Shown: positions 48,853-58,445 of the stretch, in pieces | How the letters are laid out: every line of letters begins with the position of its first letter | Numbering within the stretch: position 1 is the first letter of the stretch | NCBI GenBank assembly: GCA_038874075.1 | Contig: JAVZDD010000001.1 | Location: forward strand, 136,701-200,700 | Reading direction: 5' to 3' | DNA from: Candidatus Nanoarchaeia archaeon | GTDB lineage: Archaea; Nanobdellota; Nanobdellia; Jingweiarchaeales; Jingweiarchaeaceae | DNA length: 64,000 nt | Program-made: the position numbers and the translations under genes | Notes under the pieces: generated by a model | What the model saw: the letters and a program-made list of their open reading frames with translations, nothing else | What the model was told of the DNA's origin: nothing | Database searches by the model: none

Positions 48853-49370
48853 TTTCTTACTATTTTCTTTCCTTTTTCTTGTGGAATTATCCTTACTTTC
48901 CCGTCAAACTTTTTCTCAAGCTCTTTTCCTTGAAAAAATTCATGTAAAAAAACTGCAAGTGCTGCAACTTCACTATGTGGCTGATTTGTAATTGAGACAT
49001 TAAAATCGGCAATCTCATAAACTTCTCCAGGTACTTTTGCACCCCCGACAACAATGATTTTATCTTTATTAGAGATTCTTATTTTTTCTATTAATTTGGT
49101 TATTGGTAATCCGTACATTGTTAAGTGAATAATTTCAAAACCTTCTTCCTTCTTTCTCTTTAAAAAGTTTCTCCAATTTTTTTCATAATTTATCTTGAAT
49201 TCGTCTCCCCATTCGCTCACTATTTTTTTTACGGAACAAATTAATTCTCTATCTTCATCGCCACTAAAAACTATTTCATTTGCGCAAAATGCTCTTGCTA
49301 CTAGTGCAACATGTGTAGAAATCCTTTTATCTCTCTTTATTCGATGCCCTAGACGAAGGACGACGATCAT
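48849..49370 (-). CDS. tRNA (cytidine56-2-prime-O)-methyltransferase aTrm56 (SPOUT)
   Basis: MIVVLRLGHRIKRDKRISTHVALVARAFCA, the aTrm56 N-terminal signature; 173 aa. Confidence 0.85.
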   Translation of the reverse strand: MIVVLRLGHRIKRDKRISTHVALVARAFCANEIVFSGDEDRELICSVKKIVSEWGDEFKINYEKNWRNFLKRKKEEGFEIIHLTMYGLPITKLIEKIRISNKDKIIVVGGAKVPGEVYEIADFNVSITNQPHSEVAALAVFLHEFFQGKELEKKFDGKVRIIPQEKGKKIVRN

Positions 49371-49416
49371 TTTATTATAGAAACTTTTTTAATTAAATAA
49401 AACTTTCTTCACTTTC

Positions 49417-50589
49417 ATGTACTTCTCTACAAGCACGACTGGTTTGGGTGGAAAAATAAAAAGTTTTCCTGAAGATTTCATTGTTGAGGAAATCACAGAA
49501 GAAAAAAGGATTTTAAGTGCAAATTACGGAATCATACAAAGAATTATTGATTCTCTCCCTAGGAAAAGAAAAGATTATCTACACTTCACACTTGTTAAAA
49601 GGAATTGGGACACAATAAGTGCATTAAGAGAATTGACACGGAGGTTACACATAAGTTTAAAGCGAATTGGTTATGCTGGGAACAAGGATAAATTTGCAAT
49701 CACTGCACAAAGGTGTTCAATATGGAAAATGGATGTAAGTGAGGTTAGAAGGATTAAACTAAAAGATATAATAATCAAAGACTTCGATTATTCGGATAAA
49801 AAAATTGAAATTGGTATGCTTTATGGTAATAGATTCACAGTTACAATTAGAGAAATACCTCATGATAAGAATGAAATCGCTGCGATACTTCATGAATTTA
49901 TGAAGTCTTCAGAGCACGGTATATTAAATTATTTTGGAATACAGCGATTTGGAGATAAAAGAAGTGTGAATCATCTAGTTGGCAAGGAGATTTTGAAACA
50001 TAATTTTAAAGAGGCGATTAGAATTTTTTTATGTGAGACGGATGGTGTTGAATATGGAAAAGAGGCAAGAGAGTATTTGGCAAGAAATTGGGGTAACTTC
50101 AAAGAGGTATTAAAGATTTTCCCAACCCACTTAAAACCAGAAAGGACCATCATCGCGCATCTCAGTAAATATCCAAATGATTATGTTGGTGCGCTAAGAA
50201 AACTACCAAAATTTCTTAGATTGATTTTTGTGAATTCATACCAAAGTTATTTGTTCAATTTAACATTAGACAAACTGTGGGAAAATGGGATGAGAAAAAA
50301 TGTAAAAGTACCAATGGTTGGTTATAATTTAAAATTGGGTGAAGATGAGATAAGTTGCATCATCAAGGAAATAATGAGAAGGGAAGGGATTGGATTAGAG
50401 GATTTCAAAGTAAAAAGCATGCCTGAGATGAGTGTCAGCGGATCTGAGAGGGATTATTTATTTTTTCCAGAAAATTTTGAAATATTAAAAATTTCAGATA
50501 ATTTGGTAAAGGTACGGTTCATATTGAAGAAAGGTTGTTATGCAACGACGCTATTGAGAGAGTTGATGAAAAGTGAAGATGGTAAATAA
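49417..50589 (+). CDS. truD: tRNA pseudouridine synthase TruD / Pus7
   Basis: FPEDFIVEEI, YAGNKDKFAITAQR (GxKD catalytic Asp), NYFGIQRFGDKR motifs. Confidence 0.8.
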   Translation: MYFSTSTTGLGGKIKSFPEDFIVEEITEEKRILSANYGIIQRIIDSLPRKRKDYLHFTLVKRNWDTISALRELTRRLHISLKRIGYAGNKDKFAITAQRCSIWKMDVSEVRRIKLKDIIIKDFDYSDKKIEIGMLYGNRFTVTIREIPHDKNEIAAILHEFMKSSEHGILNYFGIQRFGDKRSVNHLVGKEILKHNFKEAIRIFLCETDGVEYGKEAREYLARNWGNFKEVLKIFPTHLKPERTIIAHLSKYPNDYVGALRKLPKFLRLIFVNSYQSYLFNLTLDKLWENGMRKNVKVPMVGYNLKLGEDEISCIIKEIMRREGIGLEDFKVKSMPEMSVSGSERDYLFFPENFEILKISDNLVKVRFILKKGCYATTLLRELMKSEDGK

Positions 50590-51937
50590 AATTTTCATTT
50601 TTTTCATCATAATTTCTATTATTTTTAGATTTTCATTGATTAATTTAAATAAAGGATATTGGTGGGATGAAGTTGTTTATTTGGGGCTTGCGAAGAACTT
50701 GTATGAAAAATTTGAATTCGGGATTCCACCACCGATTGAGAGCTTCAGACCTGTTTTTTTACCAATTTTAATTGCAATCGGAAATCACTTTTATGAGATT
50801 GAAACAATTGCAAAGATAATTGTGTTATCCTTCTCCGTACTCTCACTCATCGCTGTCTTTGTACTTGCAAAAAACTTCTATGATGAAGAAACTGCATTGG
50901 TCACTTCTATCATGCTGGGTACGAATCATCTTTTTTTATTCTATGGGCAGCGGATTTTTACTGAATCTATTTTCATCACATTTTATTCTATTTCACTCTT
51001 CTCTTTTTTTATCGGCATTGAAAAGCAGAAGAAATTTTTGATCTTATCTGCAATGTCTGCTGCTATATGTGCACTAACAAAAAATTTTGGTTTTTTGATA
51101 CCAATAATCTTTATTATCTATTTCTTTCTTAGAAAGAAATTTGATCTCCTTAAAAGTTGGCAAATTTACGTGTCTATTTTACTGTATTTCATCGTGCTAA
51201 CACCTTTCTTATATTTCCTATTTTTAAACTATGGTAATTTTTTCAAATTTTTAAATGCACAAAGTAGTAATGTACCTGTAATGAACAGTGAGGTTGATTT
51301 TTATTTTACAAAATTTTTTGATGTTTTTGGATTGAATGGTATATTTATCTTGTTTGGAACTTTTTTCTTATTAAGAAAAATAGAGCATAAAAGTTTATTT
51401 TTATTACTGACAATTCTGGTTCCGATGATTGTGTTTAACACAATACTTTCACATCACAAAGAAGAGAGGTATTTAATTCCATTCTTTCCTTCTTTTTTCT
51501 TGATTGGGGCCTCATCTTTCAAATTTTTAAAAAAGGAGAAAAGAATTGCTCTTTCAGTGCTGATCTTTTTTTCAACTCTATCGTTCATTAATGGACACTG
51601 GTGGATCTTAAGTCAAGCAAATGCTGGAATAGCACTAAAGGATGCTTGTATGTTCTTAAAAGAGATTATAAAAAACAATGAATCAGTAATTTCAGAGTCT
51701 TATCCCTACGTTTTCTATTTTTCTGGGATGAATGCAATAAAACCCCCAAGTGATGAGCACGAGTTTTATAAGACAATTGAAGAAAGGAACGTTTCGGTTG
51801 TGTTGATATACTATTCAGAACCAGGAAATCCTGGATATCTAATTAAAGAATTACAAACAGAAAAATTTGAAAAATTGGGAAGTTTTATTAATGAATATAA
51901 TAGTGAAGAGGTAGCAATTTTTAGGTATAAAAAGTGA
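50573..51937 (+). CDS. GT-C fold membrane glycosyltransferase (PMT/ArnT-like, GT39/GT83-type)
   Basis: About 12 TM helices; first-loop GYWWDEVVYLGLAKN (DE motif); 454 aa. Confidence 0.55.
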   Translation: MKMVNKIFIFFIIISIIFRFSLINLNKGYWWDEVVYLGLAKNLYEKFEFGIPPPIESFRPVFLPILIAIGNHFYEIETIAKIIVLSFSVLSLIAVFVLAKNFYDEETALVTSIMLGTNHLFLFYGQRIFTESIFITFYSISLFSFFIGIEKQKKFLILSAMSAAICALTKNFGFLIPIIFIIYFFLRKKFDLLKSWQIYVSILLYFIVLTPFLYFLFLNYGNFFKFLNAQSSNVPVMNSEVDFYFTKFFDVFGLNGIFILFGTFFLLRKIEHKSLFLLLTILVPMIVFNTILSHHKEERYLIPFFPSFFLIGASSFKFLKKEKRIALSVLIFFSTLSFINGHWWILSQANAGIALKDACMFLKEIIKNNESVISESYPYVFYFSGMNAIKPPSDEHEFYKTIEERNVSVVLIYYSEPGNPGYLIKELQTEKFEKLGSFINEYNSEEVAIFRYKK

Positions 51938-53355
51938 AAAAATTGGAAAAAATAGAAAAGTGGATAATCGAACATAAATTGTTTTTTGTAGTTACTCTTT
52001 CTGTTATTTCCAGGATTTTTTTGTACAGATATTATAAGATGATGACGTGGGATGGTGCTGCATTTGTAATGAATGCTAAATATTTCTTGGGCCATAAGAT
52101 ATATTTTGAATTGATCAGACCCCCTATATTTCCTTTATTACTTGGTGTTGGTTTAGTTTTGGGTGACATTCACATTATACCGATCATAATCTCAATATTA
52201 AGCATCATTGTAACATTCCTGCTTGCTGAGAAATTGTTTGATGATAGGACTGCAATTATTTCGGTTATTTTATTGGCATTGAATCCCTTACATCTCATTA
52301 ATAGTGGATTCTTTCTAGCCGAAATCACATCACTTCTCTTCCTGATTTTATCTCTCCTTTTTTTTATTGACGTTAAGAAAATGAAAAAAGATGCTATAAA
52401 GTTGTACATTTCATCCTTTTTCTTCACTTTAAGTTTCTTAACGAAATATCAAAATTTTCTTTTCATTATTCCAGCAATTCTTATTTTGTACAAGAAAGGA
52501 ATATTGTTCAAAAAAGAGACATTTTTTTCCTCATTTATTATTTTGCTTACAGTTTCTCCATGGCTTTCATTCAATTTTATAAATTATGGTGATCCCTTCG
52601 AATCGATAAAATATGCGATACTTTATCCTAGCGAAGCGAAGCCAGAACCAATCTTCTTTTATTTAACTAAGTTACGGGAAGTCTTCGGATTTTGGTTTAT
52701 TGTTGTTTTAATATCATTAATTTTGGGTCTAAGAAAATTAAAAGAAGAAAATTATCTCATTTTGTATTCTTTTATTTTCATTTATCTTATTGCTGCTTCA
52801 ATTTTTCCTCACAAGGAGGAAAGGTATCTACTTCCAATCGTTCCGTTTCCATTGATTATCTCAGCCAAATTTTTGATTGATTTATTGAATCTTAAATTAA
52901 TGAAGAATGTACTATTGAGGAAAATGTGTGTGTCAATTTTCGTATTGCTTTTAATTTCATACTTTCCTCAAATCGCAATCGAATTAAATTCAAACAAAGT
53001 ACTCAAGTGTTATTCAAACATCATCAACGCAGCAAATTATGTGAGTGGAACAAACGGCACTGTTATCGCGCCAAATTGGCCGCTGATCGCCTATTATGGA
53101 AATGTGAAAACGATTCCATTTACATATGAACCAAAAGACTTTGATTGGTATGTAAGTTATTATAATGTCAGTTATGTAATTGTAAGTTTGGAAAGGGAGG
53201 TACTTGAAAGCTTTGGCTCAAGTGCTGGTGAAAGCATAAATTATGTGGTTAATAGAAGCTTTTTTGATCATAAAGATTACTTAGTTATGGAAAAAGAATT
53301 AAAAGATGAATGTGGTATATTCTTGATATACGGTGTTAGAAATTGGACATATTAA
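51934..53355 (+). CDS. Second polytopic GT-C-like membrane glycosyltransferase, paralogous architecture
   Basis: 473 aa, multi-TM N-terminal region with a TWDGAAFV loop and a soluble C-terminal domain; overlaps the previous gene by 4 nt. Confidence 0.45.
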   Translation: MKKLEKIEKWIIEHKLFFVVTLSVISRIFLYRYYKMMTWDGAAFVMNAKYFLGHKIYFELIRPPIFPLLLGVGLVLGDIHIIPIIISILSIIVTFLLAEKLFDDRTAIISVILLALNPLHLINSGFFLAEITSLLFLILSLLFFIDVKKMKKDAIKLYISSFFFTLSFLTKYQNFLFIIPAILILYKKGILFKKETFFSSFIILLTVSPWLSFNFINYGDPFESIKYAILYPSEAKPEPIFFYLTKLREVFGFWFIVVLISLILGLRKLKEENYLILYSFIFIYLIAASIFPHKEERYLLPIVPFPLIISAKFLIDLLNLKLMKNVLLRKMCVSIFVLLLISYFPQIAIELNSNKVLKCYSNIINAANYVSGTNGTVIAPNWPLIAYYGNVKTIPFTYEPKDFDWYVSYYNVSYVIVSLEREVLESFGSSAGESINYVVNRSFFDHKDYLVMEKELKDECGIFLIYGVRNWTY

Positions 53356-54590
53356 TATTACTGGCATTAATTGCAAACTTTTATTTACTATACTTCTCAA
53401 TATTTTGGCTCATTACTTTCTTTGAGAACAATGGGAGAATACATGAAAAAAAGAAATTGAATAGATTTCCACTTGTTTCGATTGTAATCCCAGCCCATAA
53501 TGAAGAAAAAAATATCAAAAATGCAATTGAATCTTGTTTAAATTTAAATTATCCTAAAAATAAATTAGAAGTGATCGTAGTAAATGATGGAAGTACAGAC
53601 AGGACAGTAGAGATATGTAAGAGTTACGAGGAAAAAGGATTAATAAAACTAATAAATAAGGAGAGGGGTGGCAAAGCAAGCGCCCTAAACCTTGGTCTAA
53701 AAATTGCGAAAGGTGAAATATTTGCATGTCTTGATGCTGATTCGATTTATGCGAAAGATGCGCTAATTAAAATGCTTGCTTACTTTGATGATGAAAATGT
53801 TGCCACAGTTACACCTGTGATAAAGGTTAAAGAATCATCGAATACCTTGGAAAAATTTCAATACATCGAGTACTTAATAAATGCACTGTATGCTAAATTG
53901 TACAGCTTTCTAAACTGTATATATGTAATACCTGGTCCTGGTTCTTTATATAGAAAAGAAGTATTAGAGAAATTGGGTGGATTTGATGAAAATAGCCTAA
54001 CGGAAGACATGGAAATAACATTCAGGATACATAAATATGGGTTTTGGATAAAGAACTGTTTTGATGCAATTGTATTGACGAGCACTCCGAAAAGCATAGT
54101 AAATCTGTTTAAACAAAGATTGAGGTGGAATACGGGTTTCTTGGAAACACTTTCGAAACATAAAGATGTGCTTTCGCGGGAATACGGTACATTTGGTACA
54201 TTTCTGTTACCTTCTGTGCTAATTGGTCTCGTGATATGCTTGATTTACTTATTAATCATCCTTAAACCATTCTATAATTATATCAAGAGTTTCTATCATT
54301 TTTCAAAAATAAACTTTGATATTTTTCCATTTCTAGGTGATTTCAAGATAAACATTGATGTGTTTTCAATAAATACATTAAGTTTTATTTTCTTCTGCGC
54401 ATTTCTCATATATATCTTGTACTTTTACCTAGCCACAAAACATCAAAATGAATTTACTAAAAATAGACTCAAAGATGCTGTATTCGCTTCCATTATATAC
54501 ACACCTCTACTTTCGGTCTTTGCGCTTTGCTCGCTCATTAATTTTGTGAAAAGAAGAATAAAAAGAGAGAAAGATGCGTGGAAAAAATGA
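53343..54590 (+). CDS. Family-2 glycosyltransferase, processive type (cellulose/chitin-synthase-like)
   Basis: VSIVIPAHNEE, VVNDGSTDRT, CLDADS (D,D,D) and QRLRWNTG (QxxRW), with flanking TM segments. Confidence 0.8.
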   Translation: MDILILLALIANFYLLYFSIFWLITFFENNGRIHEKKKLNRFPLVSIVIPAHNEEKNIKNAIESCLNLNYPKNKLEVIVVNDGSTDRTVEICKSYEEKGLIKLINKERGGKASALNLGLKIAKGEIFACLDADSIYAKDALIKMLAYFDDENVATVTPVIKVKESSNTLEKFQYIEYLINALYAKLYSFLNCIYVIPGPGSLYRKEVLEKLGGFDENSLTEDMEITFRIHKYGFWIKNCFDAIVLTSTPKSIVNLFKQRLRWNTGFLETLSKHKDVLSREYGTFGTFLLPSVLIGLVICLIYLLIILKPFYNYIKSFYHFSKINFDIFPFLGDFKINIDVFSINTLSFIFFCAFLIYILYFYLATKHQNEFTKNRLKDAVFASIIYTPLLSVFALCSLINFVKRRIKREKDAWKK

Positions 54591-55255
54591 AAATTCAGAA
54601 GTATGCGCTACCATTCTTACTAGCATTCTTAATATTTATTTCTGGACTTTACTTTGATTCTTTATTGAATCGTGTGAAAACATCTAAAATAGAGCAAAGT
54701 GTCGAGGATATTAAAAATTCATTGGTAAATGTTGAACTTGAATTTTTGTTCATGGATGTAATGAAGGAACAACTTTCCTGTAACTATTTCCGGGCGGAGC
54801 TATCGAAAATGTTAAAAGAGATCGATGATCTGATGTCGAAGCTTGAGAGATACGAAGAAAATAAAGGGATAGATACAACAGGATTTATCGAAGCGAAGAA
54901 GAGTTACACATTGAGTCTGGTTAAAATGTGGTTAATATTTGAGAAGGTGAAAAAAATATGCAACGAAAATTATACGACTGTACTCTACTTTTACACGAAA
55001 GACTGTGGAAATTGTCCATTGCAAGGTTTTTATCTTACTTATTACAAAAAAATAGAGCCAGACAAAATAATGGTATTTGCGCTTGAGAAGGACTTGAATT
55101 TACAAATCATCGATTCAATGATTTACAATTACAACATAACGATTTATCCCACATTAGTAATAAATGGGAAGAACAAATACGAAGGTTTTAAGGAAAGGGA
55201 TGAACTTGCTGAAATTTTTTGTAATGAAACGAATAAAACACTCGTCTTCTGTTAA
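54578..55255 (+). CDS. Membrane-anchored protein with thioredoxin-like CxxC (DCGNCP) region
   Basis: N-terminal TM (ALPFLLAFLIFISGLYF); FYTKDCGNCPLQGFY resembles a thioredoxin-fold CxxC; fold assignment is tentative. Confidence 0.35.
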   Translation: MEKMKIQKYALPFLLAFLIFISGLYFDSLLNRVKTSKIEQSVEDIKNSLVNVELEFLFMDVMKEQLSCNYFRAELSKMLKEIDDLMSKLERYEENKGIDTTGFIEAKKSYTLSLVKMWLIFEKVKKICNENYTTVLYFYTKDCGNCPLQGFYLTYYKKIEPDKIMVFALEKDLNLQIIDSMIYNYNITIYPTLVINGKNKYEGFKERDELAEIFCNETNKTLVFC

Positions 55256-55555
55256 TCATTCTACTTGCACGATTCCTATTCGCTGTATCGTCCCATTCAC
55301 ATTGCATTCGCAAGTACAAAGTATTTCAGCTTCTCTTAACATACCCTCTGGATTCACATGCTCATAAAAGCAGTTGCAGCTTTGATTTTTCTCTCTGAGC
55401 TTTTCGCTAAATTGTGCGCAATAAGCATTTCTTTGTCTTACCATCTCTTGGAATCTTATCTCCCTAAAATAATTGAAAATAAATATGGTTCCAAAAATTA
55501 GTATTGAGAGAAAGATAAAAATTTCGATGTGAGATTTCTTTATTTTGATTTTCAT
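55256..55555 (-). CDS. Small membrane-anchored cysteine-rich protein (99 aa), hypothetical
   Basis: N-terminal TM, C-terminal CNCFYEHVN...CTCECN. Confidence 0.2.
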   Translation of the reverse strand: MKIKIKKSHIEIFIFLSILIFGTIFIFNYFREIRFQEMVRQRNAYCAQFSEKLREKNQSCNCFYEHVNPEGMLREAEILCTCECNVNGTIQRIGIVQVE

Positions 55556-55593
55556 TCAAAAATTAAGGAAATAAAAAAAGAAAAAGGTTTTGT

Positions 55594-57837
55594 TTATTCT
55601 ACAACAGTTACTCCTGTGTATACGCCAGCACTTGTATCTAAGATTAATTTTGTACCTGTGAATTTTCCTGCTAATACGTCTGTACCTTGTAATTCGGCAG
55701 CAACAACCTGGCTCGCTAATACTGTGTCCTTTGCATCGTAACCTGCAATCACTAATGCTGTGTAGTCACCAAATGCATTGTCCACTAATTGTATTAGTGC
55801 TCTATTGCTTGTTAAGTTGGCAGCACATTCAGGCCATGCTTGGCTCACTCCTAATGCTCTTGCAGCTAAGGAGTTAGCACATGGACCTCCAACGATGATC
55901 ACTGGCTTTGTTGGTGTTGCAACATCAATATCTAACTTTGAAAATCCAACACCAACTGGTTTCATTACTACTCCGCCAACACTGTCCAATCTAATTGTTG
56001 TGTTTCCTACTGCTTGTTCTCCACCAACGCTCAATGTCATCGGAGTCATTACATAAGCTCCGATTGCATATGTAGCATCCTTTCTTGGGAATGTAATTGT
56101 CAATGAACCAACAGTGCTATTTAAATCTTGGAATCCATCATCCCATACAAACAACGAGCCGTATGAACTCTTCGTGTTGTTTGCTGGTAAGCTATATGCT
56201 TTTACATAGAATGCTGTTTCATTCTTGTCAAATGTAACTGTCCACTCAGCTCCATCTGGCTCCTTGAATTTAAATACAGAGCCATCAAATGCAAGAACTT
56301 CTCCGTAGCTCAATGGTTCTGTTTGTACTGTCCCGCCTTTGTATACACCACTTACTCCATATCTTATAGAGTAAGTATCACCAGCAGCACTTACTGTTGT
56401 TCCCACTGCTTTGAATGTTAATTCACCATTGCTTACTCTTACAAAGTTTGTTCCACCACTTGTCGTGTAATTGTCACCATTGCTACCCAATGCTTGTACT
56501 GTTGTGTTCTTATCTATCACCATTATGTTACCAATGAAATTTCCAGAGGTAGTGTTCACTTTGAATTGTGCGTAGCTACCATCTGCATCAACAAGTTTCA
56601 AGATGTCTCCATCACTAAGCGTCAAACCATAACCACAAGTTATTGTGTAAAATAACTCTGTTGTTGGGTCTCTCCTTTGTAGGACTGCTCCTGGCATTGT
56701 GTAGCAATCCCATGCACTAGTACTACTATTCCATTTGACTTTACCGCTCAGTTCTGATGCACTTTCACCAACTGTAATTGTGTGATTGTATGTTTCCATC
56801 TTATCTGTCTTTTCTTTGTAGTAAAATGTGAATGCATTGTTTGGTCCTGTTAGATTTCCTAAGTCTGATAAGCTTAAGTCTGCTTTGTTCTTGAGTATAA
56901 TTTTCTTTGCATCTGATAAGTCCACGGTAAATCTGGTATCAAGAGGCCAATCTTTATTGTGTTCCCATCTCGCAGTTGATGTTATTAAACCTACATTTGC
57001 TGTTCTTGTTAATGCACCTACCCATACACTGTCTACGGTTATTGTAATTCCTCCAACTGTGTGTGATGTAACACCTACAGAAGTGTTACCATCTATTGTT
57101 ATTACAGCATACCCTGTTGAATTTACATCATCAACTGAGAAGGTGTGGCCTTGCCACTCACCACTCCAGGGTATCGATGCTCTTTCATATGTTGTTTTTT
57201 CACCTAAGCTAACATTTCCATTTTGGGTGAAGTTTACAATATAATAGTTTGTCTGGGCAACACGTATTGTTTGCTCAGGTGCAAGGTTTATCAATGTTCC
57301 ATCTCTATCCAACTGAGATGTCAATGCCATGTAGCCTGCTGGTATTTTTAAACCCAGATGCTCATCCACAGTTACATTTGTTATCAATACATATTCTACG
57401 GCAGTATAATTGTGACTGTCTTTTACGTAAGTATAATTTGGTAATACAGCTATTGCATCATCAGTGCTTGCACCATAACCAGCTCTTAAATTTGGATTGT
57501 TACTAGAATATATTGGTGTGCTAGCGTCTGGTGTTCCTTTAAATGTCTTTACTGATATGCCAGCTGTTCCAGAACCTGGTCCTGTTGCTGTTGCTTTCTG
57601 CGCAAATGAGGATGCAACTTCAATTGCACCTACTATGTCGTCTGCCCTTGCATTCTTACCGACTACCACATATGCGTCAAATGTACCGTCTGTCTTTACA
57701 AATGGAGACGGAAGTGTGCTCAAGTCGCTAGCTGCGAATACACCTGCAATCGTTGCTCCAAGAATCAGTGCGCTTCCAGTCAATGCGGCTATCTTTTTTA
57801 TTGTTTTTTTAACTTTTAGTTCAAATCTTTCATCCAT
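55594..57837 (-). CDS. Large cell-surface (S-layer-like) glycoprotein candidate
   Basis: 747 aa. N-terminal hydrophobic signal/anchor (IAALTGSALILGATIAGVFAAS). Thr/Gly/Ser/Val-rich with many N-x-S/T sequons. Local GC clearly above surrounding genes. Strong GGAGG Shine-Dalgarno. Confidence 0.55.
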   Translation of the reverse strand: MDERFELKVKKTIKKIAALTGSALILGATIAGVFAASDLSTLPSPFVKTDGTFDAYVVVGKNARADDIVGAIEVASSFAQKATATGPGSGTAGISVKTFKGTPDASTPIYSSNNPNLRAGYGASTDDAIAVLPNYTYVKDSHNYTAVEYVLITNVTVDEHLGLKIPAGYMALTSQLDRDGTLINLAPEQTIRVAQTNYYIVNFTQNGNVSLGEKTTYERASIPWSGEWQGHTFSVDDVNSTGYAVITIDGNTSVGVTSHTVGGITITVDSVWVGALTRTANVGLITSTARWEHNKDWPLDTRFTVDLSDAKKIILKNKADLSLSDLGNLTGPNNAFTFYYKEKTDKMETYNHTITVGESASELSGKVKWNSSTSAWDCYTMPGAVLQRRDPTTELFYTITCGYGLTLSDGDILKLVDADGSYAQFKVNTTSGNFIGNIMVIDKNTTVQALGSNGDNYTTSGGTNFVRVSNGELTFKAVGTTVSAAGDTYSIRYGVSGVYKGGTVQTEPLSYGEVLAFDGSVFKFKEPDGAEWTVTFDKNETAFYVKAYSLPANNTKSSYGSLFVWDDGFQDLNSTVGSLTITFPRKDATYAIGAYVMTPMTLSVGGEQAVGNTTIRLDSVGGVVMKPVGVGFSKLDIDVATPTKPVIIVGGPCANSLAARALGVSQAWPECAANLTSNRALIQLVDNAFGDYTALVIAGYDAKDTVLASQVVAAELQGTDVLAGKFTGTKLILDTSAGVYTGVTVVE

Positions 57838-57849
57838 TTTTCCACCAAC

Positions 57850-57913
57850 CTCCTCCTAGGAGGGGCTAATACATTAAAATTACACTTGTTATTTAAATTT
57901 TGCTATTAGCCCC
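57850..57913. promoter_or_regulatory. Palindromic elements in the 5-prime leader/promoter of the surface-protein gene: CCTCCTAGGAGG (overlapping the SD) and inverted repeat GGGGCTAATA ...35 nt... TATTAGCCCC
   Basis: Perfect 12-bp palindrome at 57850-57861. 10-bp inverted repeat arms at 57862-57871 and 57904-57913 flank an AT-rich (TATA-like) spacer. Confidence 0.3.
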
Positions 57914-57968
57914 TTTCTGAATTGGCGCCTTGTATTAACATAATTAAAATTTCATCATTTATAAACTT

Positions 57969-58445
57969 TCATTTTTCTTTATCTTTTTCTTCGTTTTTAA
58001 TTTTATCACTTTCCTGTTGTAACAAATTTAGATTTTTTTGAAGGATGATATTGTTCGCTGTTAGTATTTTTATTTTTTGATCCATGTCATGAACTTTTGC
58101 AATCATATCATTTAGCATACTCTCTACTTCTTTACTCTTTATCTCAATTTTATCAGGTGAAAGAATTTCAATCGTGCTTGGTCCAAAATCAAAAATTATC
58201 CCTGAAAGTGTGGTAAAATCTTTAACCTCACACTCGAATTCTACAAATGATGAAAAAATTTTCTCACCAACTTTTTTTGGCTCAGCATAAAATTCTTTTT
58301 TTACAACAGCTCTTTCTTTCAATTGCTCAATTGCTTTCTTTAATGTTGCTTTCAATACTTCAGGTGGAAATCCCATTAATTCAATTATCATTCTTGTCCT
58401 TATCACTTGAATCGCCTGAATAAAATGATTAAGCTGAGCAGACAA
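57969..58445 (-). CDS. Hypothetical coiled-coil protein (probably starts at an internal Met near 58391)
   Basis: ORF with Lys/Glu-rich C-terminus; no motif. Confidence 0.3.
   Translation of the reverse strand: MSAQLNHFIQAIQVIRTRMIIELMGFPPEVLKATLKKAIEQLKERAVVKKEFYAEPKKVGEKIFSSFVEFECEVKDFTTLSGIIFDFGPSTIEILSPDKIEIKSKEVESMLNDMIAKVHDMDQKIKILTANNIILQKNLNLLQQESDKIKNEEKDKEK

Noticed and set aside
55778-57859. Plus-strand ORFs (55778..56056, 56828..57244, 57249..57506, 57497..57859) inside the surface-protein gene
   Set aside because: They are antisense to a 747-aa ORF with strong coding signal. They reflect GC-rich codon bias, not genes.
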